A stretch of 64,000 nt of DNA from Prevotella sp. UBA2742 (lineage in GTDB: Bacteria > Bacteroidota > Bacteroidia > Bacteroidales > Bacteroidaceae), in contig DEJS01000019.1 of assembly GCA_002353485.1 (NCBI GenBank), positions 22,138-86,137 of the forward strand, in the 5' to 3' direction. The notes below the pieces were generated by a model that was not told the DNA's origin, did not search any database, and worked only from the letters and a program-made list of their open reading frames with translations. Positions 9,050 to 18,066 of this stretch are shown here, piece by piece; positions within the stretch are counted from its first letter, which is position 1, and every line of letters begins with the position of its first letter. Made by a program: the position numbers and the translations under genes.

Positions 9050-10504
9050 ATGACGAAAAATGTATTTCTTACTCTGATATTCCTGTTGCTCTTAGTGCTG
9101 CAATCTTCGGCCCAGACGGGACAGCCTTACATTCACGACCCATCGACGCTCGCAGAGTGTGAGGGCAAGTATTACACCTTCGGGACCGGCGCGGGAGGAC
9201 TCATCACTGACGACGGCTGGTCGTGGCATAGTGGAGCAGAACGCCCGGGGGGAGGTGCTGCGCCTGACGTGATGAAGATAGGCGACCGATACCTAATAAT
9301 ATATGGTGCCACGGGAGGCGGACTGTTTGGTGGTCATAACGGACGCATACTGACCATGTGGAACAAGACGCTGGACCCCAAGTCGCCAGACTTCAAGTAT
9401 AGCCAGCCCGTGGAGGTGGCGTCGAGCGACGGCATGGAAGACTGCGACGCCATAGACCCCAGCATGCTGCTGGATCCCACTACGGGAAGGCTGTGGGTGA
9501 CATACGGCACTTACTTTGGCAGTGTACGCCTCATTGAGCTGGACCCCGCGACGGGTGAACGCGTGAAAGGCAACGTCGAGAAAGACATTGCCATCGACTG
9601 TGAGGCCAGTGCCTTGATATGGCGCGACGGATGGTACTACCTGCTGGGTACACATGGTACATGCTGCGACGGGGTGAACTCTACCTACAACATTGTTGTG
9701 GGGCGTTCGCGCAATGTTGAGGGACCTTATGTGGACAACATCGGGCGCGACATGCTGCACGGCGGCGGGCGCATGGTCATTGCCGCGGGACAGCGCGTCT
9801 GTGGTCCGGGACACTTCGGACGTACCGTTGTGGATGACGGCGTAGAGCTGATGTCGTGTCACTTCGAGGCCGACTTCGACCGTAGCGGACGTTCGGTGCT
9901 TGGCATCAGGCCGCTGCTGTGGCGCAACGGATGGCCCCAGGCAGGAGAACCGATACAAGGCGGGACCTACGAGATAGCCTCCGAGCGTAGAGGCTATTCG
10001 CTGGAGCTGGCTGTCGACTTCGTACGCATAGCCCAGGAGCGTGAGCCCTTCTGGCAGATGGATGTCAACAAGCCCTTGGAGCGCATTGCCAACCAGCAGC
10101 TGGAGGACGTGGCCGCGAACTGGCCCGAAGGCAATATCGGCATACGTTGTGCTGACTACATGGCCCGGCCCCACCAGCACTGGACCATCACTCCCGTTGA
10201 AGAGGCGGGAGGCTATCTGAGCAATCCGTATTTCAAGATTACCATAGCAGGAACAGCGCGTGCGCTGGCTGCCACAGAAAGCTTGGAACTGACAGCTGTT
10301 CCGCAGTTTACCGGCAGTGACGAGCAGCTGTGGCGCATAGAACAGCTGACGGACGGCACGTATCGTATGATGCCCAAGCGCATTCCCGGGCAGAGCGGAC
10401 TGAACACACGCTACGTCGTCTACTCGGCAGCAGACTCCACTCCTACGCTGGCTGCCTACGATTTTGGCAGTGATAACTCGAAGTGGAACCTGACAAGAAG
10501 ATAA
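9050..10504 (+). CDS. GH43 arabinanase-like glycosidase with C-terminal ricin-like/beta-trefoil region
   Basis: Signal peptide; IHDPS, AAPDV, AIDPS, CEAS, GTCCDG, GPGHFG; QHW/QLW/SKW repeats at the C-terminus. Confidence 0.85.
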   Translation: MTKNVFLTLIFLLLLVLQSSAQTGQPYIHDPSTLAECEGKYYTFGTGAGGLITDDGWSWHSGAERPGGGAAPDVMKIGDRYLIIYGATGGGLFGGHNGRILTMWNKTLDPKSPDFKYSQPVEVASSDGMEDCDAIDPSMLLDPTTGRLWVTYGTYFGSVRLIELDPATGERVKGNVEKDIAIDCEASALIWRDGWYYLLGTHGTCCDGVNSTYNIVVGRSRNVEGPYVDNIGRDMLHGGGRMVIAAGQRVCGPGHFGRTVVDDGVELMSCHFEADFDRSGRSVLGIRPLLWRNGWPQAGEPIQGGTYEIASERRGYSLELAVDFVRIAQEREPFWQMDVNKPLERIANQQLEDVAANWPEGNIGIRCADYMARPHQHWTITPVEEAGGYLSNPYFKITIAGTARALAATESLELTAVPQFTGSDEQLWRIEQLTDGTYRMMPKRIPGQSGLNTRYVVYSAADSTPTLAAYDFGSDNSKWNLTRR

Positions 10505-10537
10505 AAAACATTGAAAAAGTGCTGTTATTCAACGGCT

Positions 10538-10603
10538 TGATACAAAAGGAAAAGTTCCTGAAACGCTACGTAACGTCTGTTTGGAATAAAATGCGTACCT
10601 TTG
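10538..10603 (+). promoter_or_regulatory. Promoter with putative HTCS operator driving a candidate sRNA
   Basis: TACCTTTG at 10596; the 36-bp motif 58 bp upstream matches the 5031 motif at 22/36 positions. Confidence 0.5.
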
Positions 10604-10607
10604 CAAC

Positions 10608-10719
10608 ATGAAACCTGAACGTCTCATGAAAAAGATTTGTTTTAGTAATATTATCATTAGTAGTTTGTTTTGTAACCCCAAGGGCTGTTGGAAAGCGTTC
10701 CAACAGCCTTGGTGTTTTT
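10608..10719 (+). ncRNA. Candidate small regulatory RNA (about 110 nt)
   Basis: Own -7 box, U-rich unstructured body, strong hairpin ccaagggctgttggaa-agcg-ttccaacagccttgg followed by a T tract. Confidence 0.5.
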
Positions 10720-10945
10720 ATGGGCTGAAGGCAAAAGCGAGGGGAGTACGACCAGTGAAATAAACAATACGCCACGACGCCGGCGGCACAATGATGGCAT
10801 TCGGAAGCTGGGTCGGTTAGTTACATAAAGTTTACGAAAAGTAACATTTCTGAGGGTTACTTGTCGTAAAGTTTGGTTATTATAATAATATTTATTATCT
10901 TTGCCGTGTTTTTAACAAAACTTACTAACCGATACTTACTGAAAC

Positions 10946-13900
10946 ATGACGCGTAAAGTTCTTTTTTGGGGGTTACTTCTTAGTGTGTCGATACACATGC
11001 ATGCCCAGATGGGTAAACTGTTTGATGCTGACAAACAAATGTCCAGCAGCTTCACCACCCAGATTTATATGGACCACGACGGCTTTATTTGGGTTGCCAC
11101 GCGGAACGGCCTGAACCGTTACGACGGTTATCAGTTCCGCATCCTGAAGAAGGAGATGCACCGCGACCTGGGCATGGCCAGTAACTATGTGAACTGCATG
11201 ATACAGGACCGCAGGGGACTGTTCTATATTGGCATGTACGGAGCCTTGCAGACCTACGACGGCATAAAGTTTCACAACATCAAGACCTACGACCTTCAAG
11301 GGCGTAACCAGCCCAGCTACATCACCTGCCTGCTGGAACGTTCTTCCGGCGACGTACTGGTGGGTACCTCAGGACATGGCGTGCTGCGTGTGAACAAGAG
11401 CGAGGCACGCCAGATAGGTGGTGCCATAGAGCACCTGCATACGGTACGGGGCATGTTTGAAGACTCAAAGGGACGTGTGTGGCTCGTCACCGAGAGTCAG
11501 GGCCTTATTTGCTGGAAGGACAACAAGGTGCAGCGCTTCTTCCAGCAGCCGGAACAGCTGTACGACGTCCGGGGCGTATGTGAAGACAGGCGTGGGCGCA
11601 TCTACGTGGGTACAGCCAGCAACGGGCTCTATCGTCTTGACATCGATGCAAGCGGCAAGGCCCTCAACCCGACATCGAAGGACGGCATGACACACATCAA
11701 GGGTACCGACGGGAAACACGTCTCTACGCTATACGTGAACAATGCGGGCAACATTCTGATAGGCTACGACGGTCTGGGTATGGCCGTCTATGACCTGGAA
11801 ACGGGTACGACGCAGGACAACCCCTACTTCAGTCGTGACGTAGACCTGAGCAGCGCCAAGGTGTACAGCATCTGCGAGGACCGTAGCGGTAATACATGGC
11901 TGGGACTGCTGCAGAAGGGTATCTATATGCAGCCGGGCAAGACCACGGGATTCCATTATATGGGCTATAAGCTGGGCTCTCGTAATGTGATAGGCTCTGC
12001 CAGCGTCACCAGTGTGATGGAGGCGCGTAACGGACTGGAGTGGATAGGCACCGATAAGGACGGCTTATACTGCGTGGACAAGAATGTCAAGGTGATACGT
12101 CACTTCAAGGACAACTTCCCTGCCACGATACTTGATATTGAAGAGGACCAGCAAGGACGTATATGGGTAGGCTCCTATAAGGAAGGCATGGGGTGGATAG
12201 ACAGCAGTACGATGTCCTATCATCCCTATTCGCTGCCTCAGGGTTCGACGGTCAGCGTGTTCGGCCTTCAGAGTGATAGTGAGGGGAACCTGTGGCTGGG
12301 AACCATGGGCAGTGGACTGATACGTCTGAACCTTACTACAGGCGAGACCAAAGCCTATACCATGGAGGAGGTAGCCATGGATAATCCTCAAAAGAACAGC
12401 ATTACCAACGACTTTATCTCGCAGATATCGCTCTCGCCCGACGGTCAGCGCCTTTATGCTGCCACCACGATGGGCGTCTGCGCCTTGGACCTGAAGACGG
12501 ACAGCTGGGTGAAGGTGTTTGGACGTAACTGTCTGAACTACGGGACGCCGGTGCGCACAGTGCGTGAGTTTGGCGGACGGCTGTATGTGGGCACCAACGA
12601 CGGTCTGCTGTGCTATGACCTGAAGACGCGCAAGATGAAGCGCTACGGAGTAGAGAGCGGACTGGCCGACAATGGCATCTCGTCGATGGAGCAGGACCGG
12701 CAGGGCAAGATATGGGTGTCGACAGACCACGGACTCTGCTGCCTGGACCCCAAGACGGGAAAGACCAGCAACTTCTTTGTGGACAACGGCCTGCAGTCGA
12801 ACGAGTTCAGCGACGGCGCCTCATGGCTGAATCCTGACGGCGAACTGATGTTTGGCGGATTGGGTGGTATCACATGGTTTAAGCCTACCGACATCAAGGA
12901 ACGCGAGTGGAAGGCAGAGGTGAAGCTGACTGAGTTCTCTGTGAATGGTGTCCCCGTGACGCGTGAGACGATGTCGGGACTATGGCAGGTGACGGATACC
13001 ACCGTCATTGCCTCAGACCGTTTCGTGCTGAGTCCTGGCGACAACTCGTTTGCCCTGCGGCTGTCGACGCTGACTTTTGACAACCCCGAGCACATCGTCT
13101 ACCGCTATCGTATCAACAGCGAAGAGTGGGTACGGCTGCAGCCTGGCGTCAATGAGATAACGTTCAGCCACATGCAGCCTGGCGACTACAACTTCTGTGT
13201 CGTGGCCGAGCAGAACGGCATTGTTACGCCAGAGCGCTGTTTTACCATCGTCATTCATTCGCCTTGGTATCGTACCCCGCTGGCATATCTTATCTATCTG
13301 TTAGCCGTCGCTGTCGTCGCATGGCGCTATCTGCGCATGCGACAGCGAAAGGAGCAGGACCGCCTGCGGCTGCAGGAGCATATACATGCCGAGGAGATGG
13401 CTGATGCCAAGCTGAAGTTCTTTATGAACATCTCGCACGAGATACGTACGCCAATGACGCTTATCGTTACACCCTTGCTGTCGCTCATCAAGCAGGACGA
13501 CGACCCCCATCGGCGCAGCGTCTACGAGACCATACGTCGGAATGCTGAGCGTATCTTAGGACTCATCAACCAGATGATGGACCTTCGTAAGATAGACAAA
13601 GGGCAGATGCAGATGCACATGTGTGAGACGGAGTTTATCTCTTTTATTGGTGATATACACACTCTCTTCGACCAGCAGGCCAAGGCCAAGAACATCAGTT
13701 TTGTCTATGAGCATGACACCCAGATGCTGCCGGTATGGATAGACCGTGGCAACTTCGACAAGGTCATCGTCAACCTGCTCAGTAATTCGTTTAAGTACAC
13801 ACCGACGGGGGGAAACATACGCATCGGGGTTACCCACGACGAACACGAGGTGCACGTCTCCATCAAAGACAGTGGCGAGGGCATTCCAGAGGACAAGTTG

Positions 13901-14968
13901 GAGCGCATATTTGAGCGTTTCTACCAGTCGCCCTCGCGCGTCAACGACCGTAAGACAGGAACGGGTATAGGCCTGGACCTGACACGTTCGCTGGTAGAGT
14001 TGCATCACGGCAGCATTCGCGCCTTGAACAACAGCGACGGGCCCGGCTGTGAGTTCATTGTCACCATCCCCTTGGGCAATGCTCACCTGAAGCCTGAGGA
14101 GATGATAGTTGAAAAGCAGGATATATCGCATGCAACGAGCCTGATAGACGATAGCGACCTTGCGGTGGAAACGGCAGAAGTGGAGCTGCCAAAGATAGGT
14201 CGGCGCCAGCGCATCGTCATCGTAGAGGATGACAAGGAAATTCTGGACTACCTGACGTCAGAGCTGTCGGCCCACTACGACGTCTCTACCGCTGAGAATG
14301 GCCGTTTAGGACTTAGCGAGATACTGAAGGTGCATCCCGACTTGGTCATCTCCGACATTATGATGCCTGAGATGGATGGCAACGAGCTTTGCTCGAAGGT
14401 CAAGGGCAACCCGGCCACCAGCCATATTCCTGTTATCCTTCTGACTGCCAAGAGTCGTGATGAGGACCAGCTGGAAGGCTTGGAGATGGGTGCCGATGCC
14501 TACGTTATGAAACCCTTCAACATGGACATCCTGCGTCGTACCATCATCAATCTTATCCATACCCACCAGATGCTGCGCCTGAAGTATGGCCGCAACGACC
14601 AGTTGGAGGAGCAGGTGGACCAGGTGAAGATGAAGTCGCCCGACGAACAGCTGCTGGAGCGTGTGATGAAGGTCATCAACAAGAACCTTAACAACTCCGA
14701 CCTCAGTGTCGATGCCATTGCCGAGGAGGTGGGTATCAGTCGTGTACACCTGCATCGTAAGATGAAGGAACTGACGGGTCAGACGCCTCACGACTTCATA
14801 CGCAATCTGCGCCTGAAGCAGGCGGCCCATCTGCTGGCTTCGCAGAATATGAACATTACCGAGGTCATGTACGCCTGCGGCTTCAACAATGCAGCGTCCT
14901 TCTCTACCATCTTCAAGAAGTTCTATGGCATGTCGCCGCGTGAGTACATGAATGAACACCGTAAATAA
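10946..14968 (+). CDS. Hybrid two-component system sensor/regulator (beta-propeller sensor, TM, HisKA, HATPase, REC, AraC HTH)
   Basis: GxxWxGT propeller repeats, NISHEIRTP, GTGIGL, ISDIMMP, C-terminal ACGFNNAASFSTIFKKFYG. Confidence 0.97.
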   Translation: MTRKVLFWGLLLSVSIHMHAQMGKLFDADKQMSSSFTTQIYMDHDGFIWVATRNGLNRYDGYQFRILKKEMHRDLGMASNYVNCMIQDRRGLFYIGMYGALQTYDGIKFHNIKTYDLQGRNQPSYITCLLERSSGDVLVGTSGHGVLRVNKSEARQIGGAIEHLHTVRGMFEDSKGRVWLVTESQGLICWKDNKVQRFFQQPEQLYDVRGVCEDRRGRIYVGTASNGLYRLDIDASGKALNPTSKDGMTHIKGTDGKHVSTLYVNNAGNILIGYDGLGMAVYDLETGTTQDNPYFSRDVDLSSAKVYSICEDRSGNTWLGLLQKGIYMQPGKTTGFHYMGYKLGSRNVIGSASVTSVMEARNGLEWIGTDKDGLYCVDKNVKVIRHFKDNFPATILDIEEDQQGRIWVGSYKEGMGWIDSSTMSYHPYSLPQGSTVSVFGLQSDSEGNLWLGTMGSGLIRLNLTTGETKAYTMEEVAMDNPQKNSITNDFISQISLSPDGQRLYAATTMGVCALDLKTDSWVKVFGRNCLNYGTPVRTVREFGGRLYVGTNDGLLCYDLKTRKMKRYGVESGLADNGISSMEQDRQGKIWVSTDHGLCCLDPKTGKTSNFFVDNGLQSNEFSDGASWLNPDGELMFGGLGGITWFKPTDIKEREWKAEVKLTEFSVNGVPVTRETMSGLWQVTDTTVIASDRFVLSPGDNSFALRLSTLTFDNPEHIVYRYRINSEEWVRLQPGVNEITFSHMQPGDYNFCVVAEQNGIVTPERCFTIVIHSPWYRTPLAYLIYLLAVAVVAWRYLRMRQRKEQDRLRLQEHIHAEEMADAKLKFFMNISHEIRTPMTLIVTPLLSLIKQDDDPHRRSVYETIRRNAERILGLINQMMDLRKIDKGQMQMHMCETEFISFIGDIHTLFDQQAKAKNISFVYEHDTQMLPVWIDRGNFDKVIVNLLSNSFKYTPTGGNIRIGVTHDEHEVHVSIKDSGEGIPEDKLERIFERFYQSPSRVNDRKTGTGIGLDLTRSLVELHHGSIRALNNSDGPGCEFIVTIPLGNAHLKPEEMIVEKQDISHATSLIDDSDLAVETAEVELPKIGRRQRIVIVEDDKEILDYLTSELSAHYDVSTAENGRLGLSEILKVHPDLVISDIMMPEMDGNELCSKVKGNPATSHIPVILLTAKSRDEDQLEGLEMGADAYVMKPFNMDILRRTIINLIHTHQMLRLKYGRNDQLEEQVDQVKMKSPDEQLLERVMKVINKNLNNSDLSVDAIAEEVGISRVHLHRKMKELTGQTPHDFIRNLRLKQAAHLLASQNMNITEVMYACGFNNAASFSTIFKKFYGMSPREYMNEHRK

Positions 14969-14972
14969 ACAG

Positions 14973-15010
14973 TAATCGCACAGAGGTACCCCTGTGCGAT
15001 TATTTTGTTT
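14973..15010 (+). terminator. Intrinsic terminator between convergent HTCS and GH28
   Basis: taatcgcacag...ctgtgcgatta followed by a T tract. Confidence 0.75.
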
Positions 15011-15030
15011 GCTTATTAGGAACTCCTTAT

Positions 15031-16449
15031 TTACTGTTTCACGAACTTCACGCCCTCCAGTTTCAGTTTGGCGGTCTTCTCGTCAATCAGCTGGTCGTTC
15101 TTGAGGAAGACGAAGGTGGAATTCTTGATGTCGATGTCGTGTATGCAGTCCAGTCCCAGGATGCCTCCGGCCTTGATGGCTGTGTGTGTGCCGTGGCAGG
15201 TGACGTTCGAGATGTGTATGCCCTGGAACTCAGGAGCCGACTTGCGCTGTTCCTCTGTATAGGTGGGAATGGCATTGGGGTCGCTGCCTGCAGGACGGTC
15301 TACATAGTCGCACTGGAAGACGATGGCCTCGTCCTTGATGTCTGTCATCACGATGTCCTGAATATAGAGGTCTTCCGTCTTACCGCCACGTCCAATGCCG
15401 CTCTTGAATCGTAGTCCTGTGTCGGTACCGCTGAAACGGTTGTGGCGCACCACCATGCGACGTACGCCGCTGATGGTCTCGCTGCCCAGCACGAAGCCGC
15501 CGTGGGCATGGAACACGGTGTTGTCCTGGATGACGATGTCTGAGCATCCGTTGGCAGGCGAGTTGGGCTTCGTCTTGTTACTCTTCATACACAGGCCGTC
15601 GTCGCCTGCATCCACTACGCAGTTGACGATGAGGCCTACGTTGATGTCAGAGAAGTCGATGGCATCGCCGTTCTGGGCATTCCAGGGACAGCGCACCGTC
15701 ACACCGTCAACGATGACGTTCCTGCAGTTCAGCGGGTGTACGTGGAACTTGGGCGAATTCTGTACCGTGACACCCTCAATGAGTACGTTCTCGCAGTCCG
15801 TAAAGCGGATGATGTCGTTACGCATCTTCTCCTGGGCCTCCGGGGTTGCTGCAATGTTCTTTGTGGCGTCCTTGGTGTCCCACGGATAGAACAGCTGGCC
15901 GTTGTCTTTCTCGACGCCATCCATCAGGGCGTGGAACTGTTTCCACTCCACGTCGCTAACCTTCGAGCGCTTCACAGGGCGCCAGTATTCGCCGTTACCG
16001 TCGATAATGCCCTGACCGGTAATGGCAATGTTCTTACGTTTCGAGGCACGTATGCCTGCATAGACCCGGTCTGACTTGCCTGTAGGGTCTACATACAGCG
16101 TCTTGTCAGCCGAGAACACCACGATGGCGTTCTTCTCTAAGTGTAGCTCAATGTTGTCCTTCAACGAGATAGGACCTGTCATCCACACTCCTTCGGGCAC
16201 GTTCAGGCGACCTCCTCCCAGCTTGTTCAGCTTACTGATGCCCTTGGCAAAGGCCTCAGTGTTCAGGGTTACTCCGTCGCCCACGCCACCAACCTCCGTG
16301 AGGCTTACCTCGTTGGCAGGAATCTGCGGACGTGACACTTTTGCTACCTCGATGGGCAGGTTCTCATAGTACCTGCTGTACGCTTGCGCCTCTGCGGCTA
16401 CGGGTAGCACGGCTACGAGGGCGGCTACCAGACTTCTCAAATGTTTCAT
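15031..16449 (-). CDS. Glycoside hydrolase family 28 (polygalacturonase-like)
   Basis: Start reassigned to MKHLRSL (signal peptide); NGDAID, GDDGLCMKS, HGGFVLGSE, GLRFKS motifs. Confidence 0.92.
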   Translation of the reverse strand: MKHLRSLVAALVAVLPVAAEAQAYSRYYENLPIEVAKVSRPQIPANEVSLTEVGGVGDGVTLNTEAFAKGISKLNKLGGGRLNVPEGVWMTGPISLKDNIELHLEKNAIVVFSADKTLYVDPTGKSDRVYAGIRASKRKNIAITGQGIIDGNGEYWRPVKRSKVSDVEWKQFHALMDGVEKDNGQLFYPWDTKDATKNIAATPEAQEKMRNDIIRFTDCENVLIEGVTVQNSPKFHVHPLNCRNVIVDGVTVRCPWNAQNGDAIDFSDINVGLIVNCVVDAGDDGLCMKSNKTKPNSPANGCSDIVIQDNTVFHAHGGFVLGSETISGVRRMVVRHNRFSGTDTGLRFKSGIGRGGKTEDLYIQDIVMTDIKDEAIVFQCDYVDRPAGSDPNAIPTYTEEQRKSAPEFQGIHISNVTCHGTHTAIKAGGILGLDCIHDIDIKNSTFVFLKNDQLIDEKTAKLKLEGVKFVKQ

Positions 16450-17848
16450 TGTGTTTCTTATTTGTAGTTTGTTGTTGTGCTTTCTCTTCTTCGTCGTCCT
16501 TGTCCTTGTCCTTCGTCTCCTGCCAGGCTTTCTCCTTTGCGTCATACTCAGCCAGTTTGTTCAGGTAGTATTGGCGCAGCTCGCTCCATTTGTAGTATGG
16601 ATATTGTGTGGTGCTGACGGGCAGCGACACCTCGCGCTCGTTCAGCAGGGCCTTGACAAGGATGTCGCCGGCGTCTTTGTTGTCCTTACGGTAGAATACC
16701 AGCTGTATGTTGCATGCCATGGGGAAGATGCGGTAGTTGCGCCACACCTCATCCAGTTCGTCCAGGTTGCTGACCTGAGCGCCACAGGAACCCAGCTCCA
16801 GCAGACATGCCAGGGGCATCACGCACACCTCGTGTCCGAAGCGCAGCGTGGCCTGAGTCTGGCTTACGGTGTCTGCCGTCTCTATGATGTTTCTCAACAG
16901 GTTGCTCTGTGTGAAGGGCATCACGCCCTCCGTCTGTGGGGCATGGCCATAGTCTATGTACCACCCCTTGTTGCGTATGCTCCACTGGTCGTATATCTCG
17001 TCGTCAGTGAACAGCGGGAACAGGTCGGGCGCATCGTCGTGGCTCTGCATGTTGGTGGCCACCTCGAAGAGGTTGTACATCAGTGCTCCCGCCTTGATGC
17101 TGTCGCTGACCCACTGCTGGTCGTTGAACAACAGCTGCATCAGCCGCTCTACTTGACTTTCGTCGCGCATCTGCTTGCGTAGATCGCGTCCTTTGCGCCC
17201 CATCGACTCAATGAGTCCCTTTCGTGGGGCGTTCAGGTAGTACTGCAGTGCCTTGCTTACGTCGTTGTGTATGCGTGCCGTGGGGTTGGCTGCTGCCAGT
17301 TCCTCACACTCTGCCGCCATCGACAGGATGCAGCGCACCACGGTCGTCGAGCGGGCGTCGATGTGGATGCCTTCCTTCTTGAATATCTCAGGGAAGTTGT
17401 GCACCATCCTCTTGGCAATGCCGTGGTGCTGGCGTTCGCCCACCGTTGTCAGGTCGCCCAGTCGCAGCTGGGCTCCACTGTACTGCCCCTCCAAGGCCGG
17501 ATAGTTGGCCACAGGCAGGCTGACGAAGTCCTCAAGGGCTTTCAGCGTCTCTTCGCCTTTGGCGGTCAGCTTGCCCTGCTGGCGTGCCTTCTGCAGTGGC
17601 TCTGTCACTACCGTATAGCTGTTCTCGCTGATAAGCCATCGCGAGCCATGCCTGCCGTAGTGCGACATATAGAAGGGTGTGTAGCCCTCAGGGGCTGGTG
17701 TCAGTGCCTGGGTTGGCAGCTGACGGTCATAGTCCAGGTAGTTGCTGCCTGAAAGATATTTGTTGGCCTTTATCTCCTCACGGGCCGTCTGGGCCATGCT
17801 GCTCAGCGTGAAGGCTGCAGCCACCAGTAGGGTTGTCAGTCTGTGCAT
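16364..17848 (-). CDS. Histidine acid phosphatase / phytase-like exported protein
   Basis: Signal peptide; HYGRHGSR catalytic motif, RFGHE, PMACNIQ. Confidence 0.88.
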   Translation of the reverse strand: MHRLTTLLVAAAFTLSSMAQTAREEIKANKYLSGSNYLDYDRQLPTQALTPAPEGYTPFYMSHYGRHGSRWLISENSYTVVTEPLQKARQQGKLTAKGEETLKALEDFVSLPVANYPALEGQYSGAQLRLGDLTTVGERQHHGIAKRMVHNFPEIFKKEGIHIDARSTTVVRCILSMAAECEELAAANPTARIHNDVSKALQYYLNAPRKGLIESMGRKGRDLRKQMRDESQVERLMQLLFNDQQWVSDSIKAGALMYNLFEVATNMQSHDDAPDLFPLFTDDEIYDQWSIRNKGWYIDYGHAPQTEGVMPFTQSNLLRNIIETADTVSQTQATLRFGHEVCVMPLACLLELGSCGAQVSNLDELDEVWRNYRIFPMACNIQLVFYRKDNKDAGDILVKALLNEREVSLPVSTTQYPYYKWSELRQYYLNKLAEYDAKEKAWQETKDKDKDDEEEKAQQQTTNKKHNETFEKSGSRPRSRATRSRRGASVQQVL

Positions 17849-17865
17849 GTTGGGCTCTTGTTTAG

Positions 17866-18056
17866 TATAGTTAACTTAAGTTTCGCATTCGCTCAACTTC
17901 TTTGTAGTTAAGGAGTTAAGTAGTTATCGCTTCGCTCGTCCTTTCGGACAGTAGATAAGCCATTACTTCTATCGGCTGCTTTCCACCACGCAGTCATTTG
18001 GCTTAACTACTTAACTACTGACTACTTATCTACTTCAGAAAGTTGAATAGTTAAAA
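17866..18056. repeat. Imperfect inverted element built from about 8-bp AGTTAAGT-like units (MITE/REP-like)
   Basis: tagttaaggagttaagtagtta on the left, cttaactacttaactactgactacttatcta on the right; internal cgcattcgctc/cgcttcgctc. Confidence 0.5.
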
Positions 18057-18066
18057 GAACTGTCGC

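Noticed and set aside
10608-10763. 51-aa Cys-containing ORF MKPERLMKKICF...
   Set aside because: It runs through a strong intrinsic terminator and has atypical codon usage; an sRNA is the simpler reading
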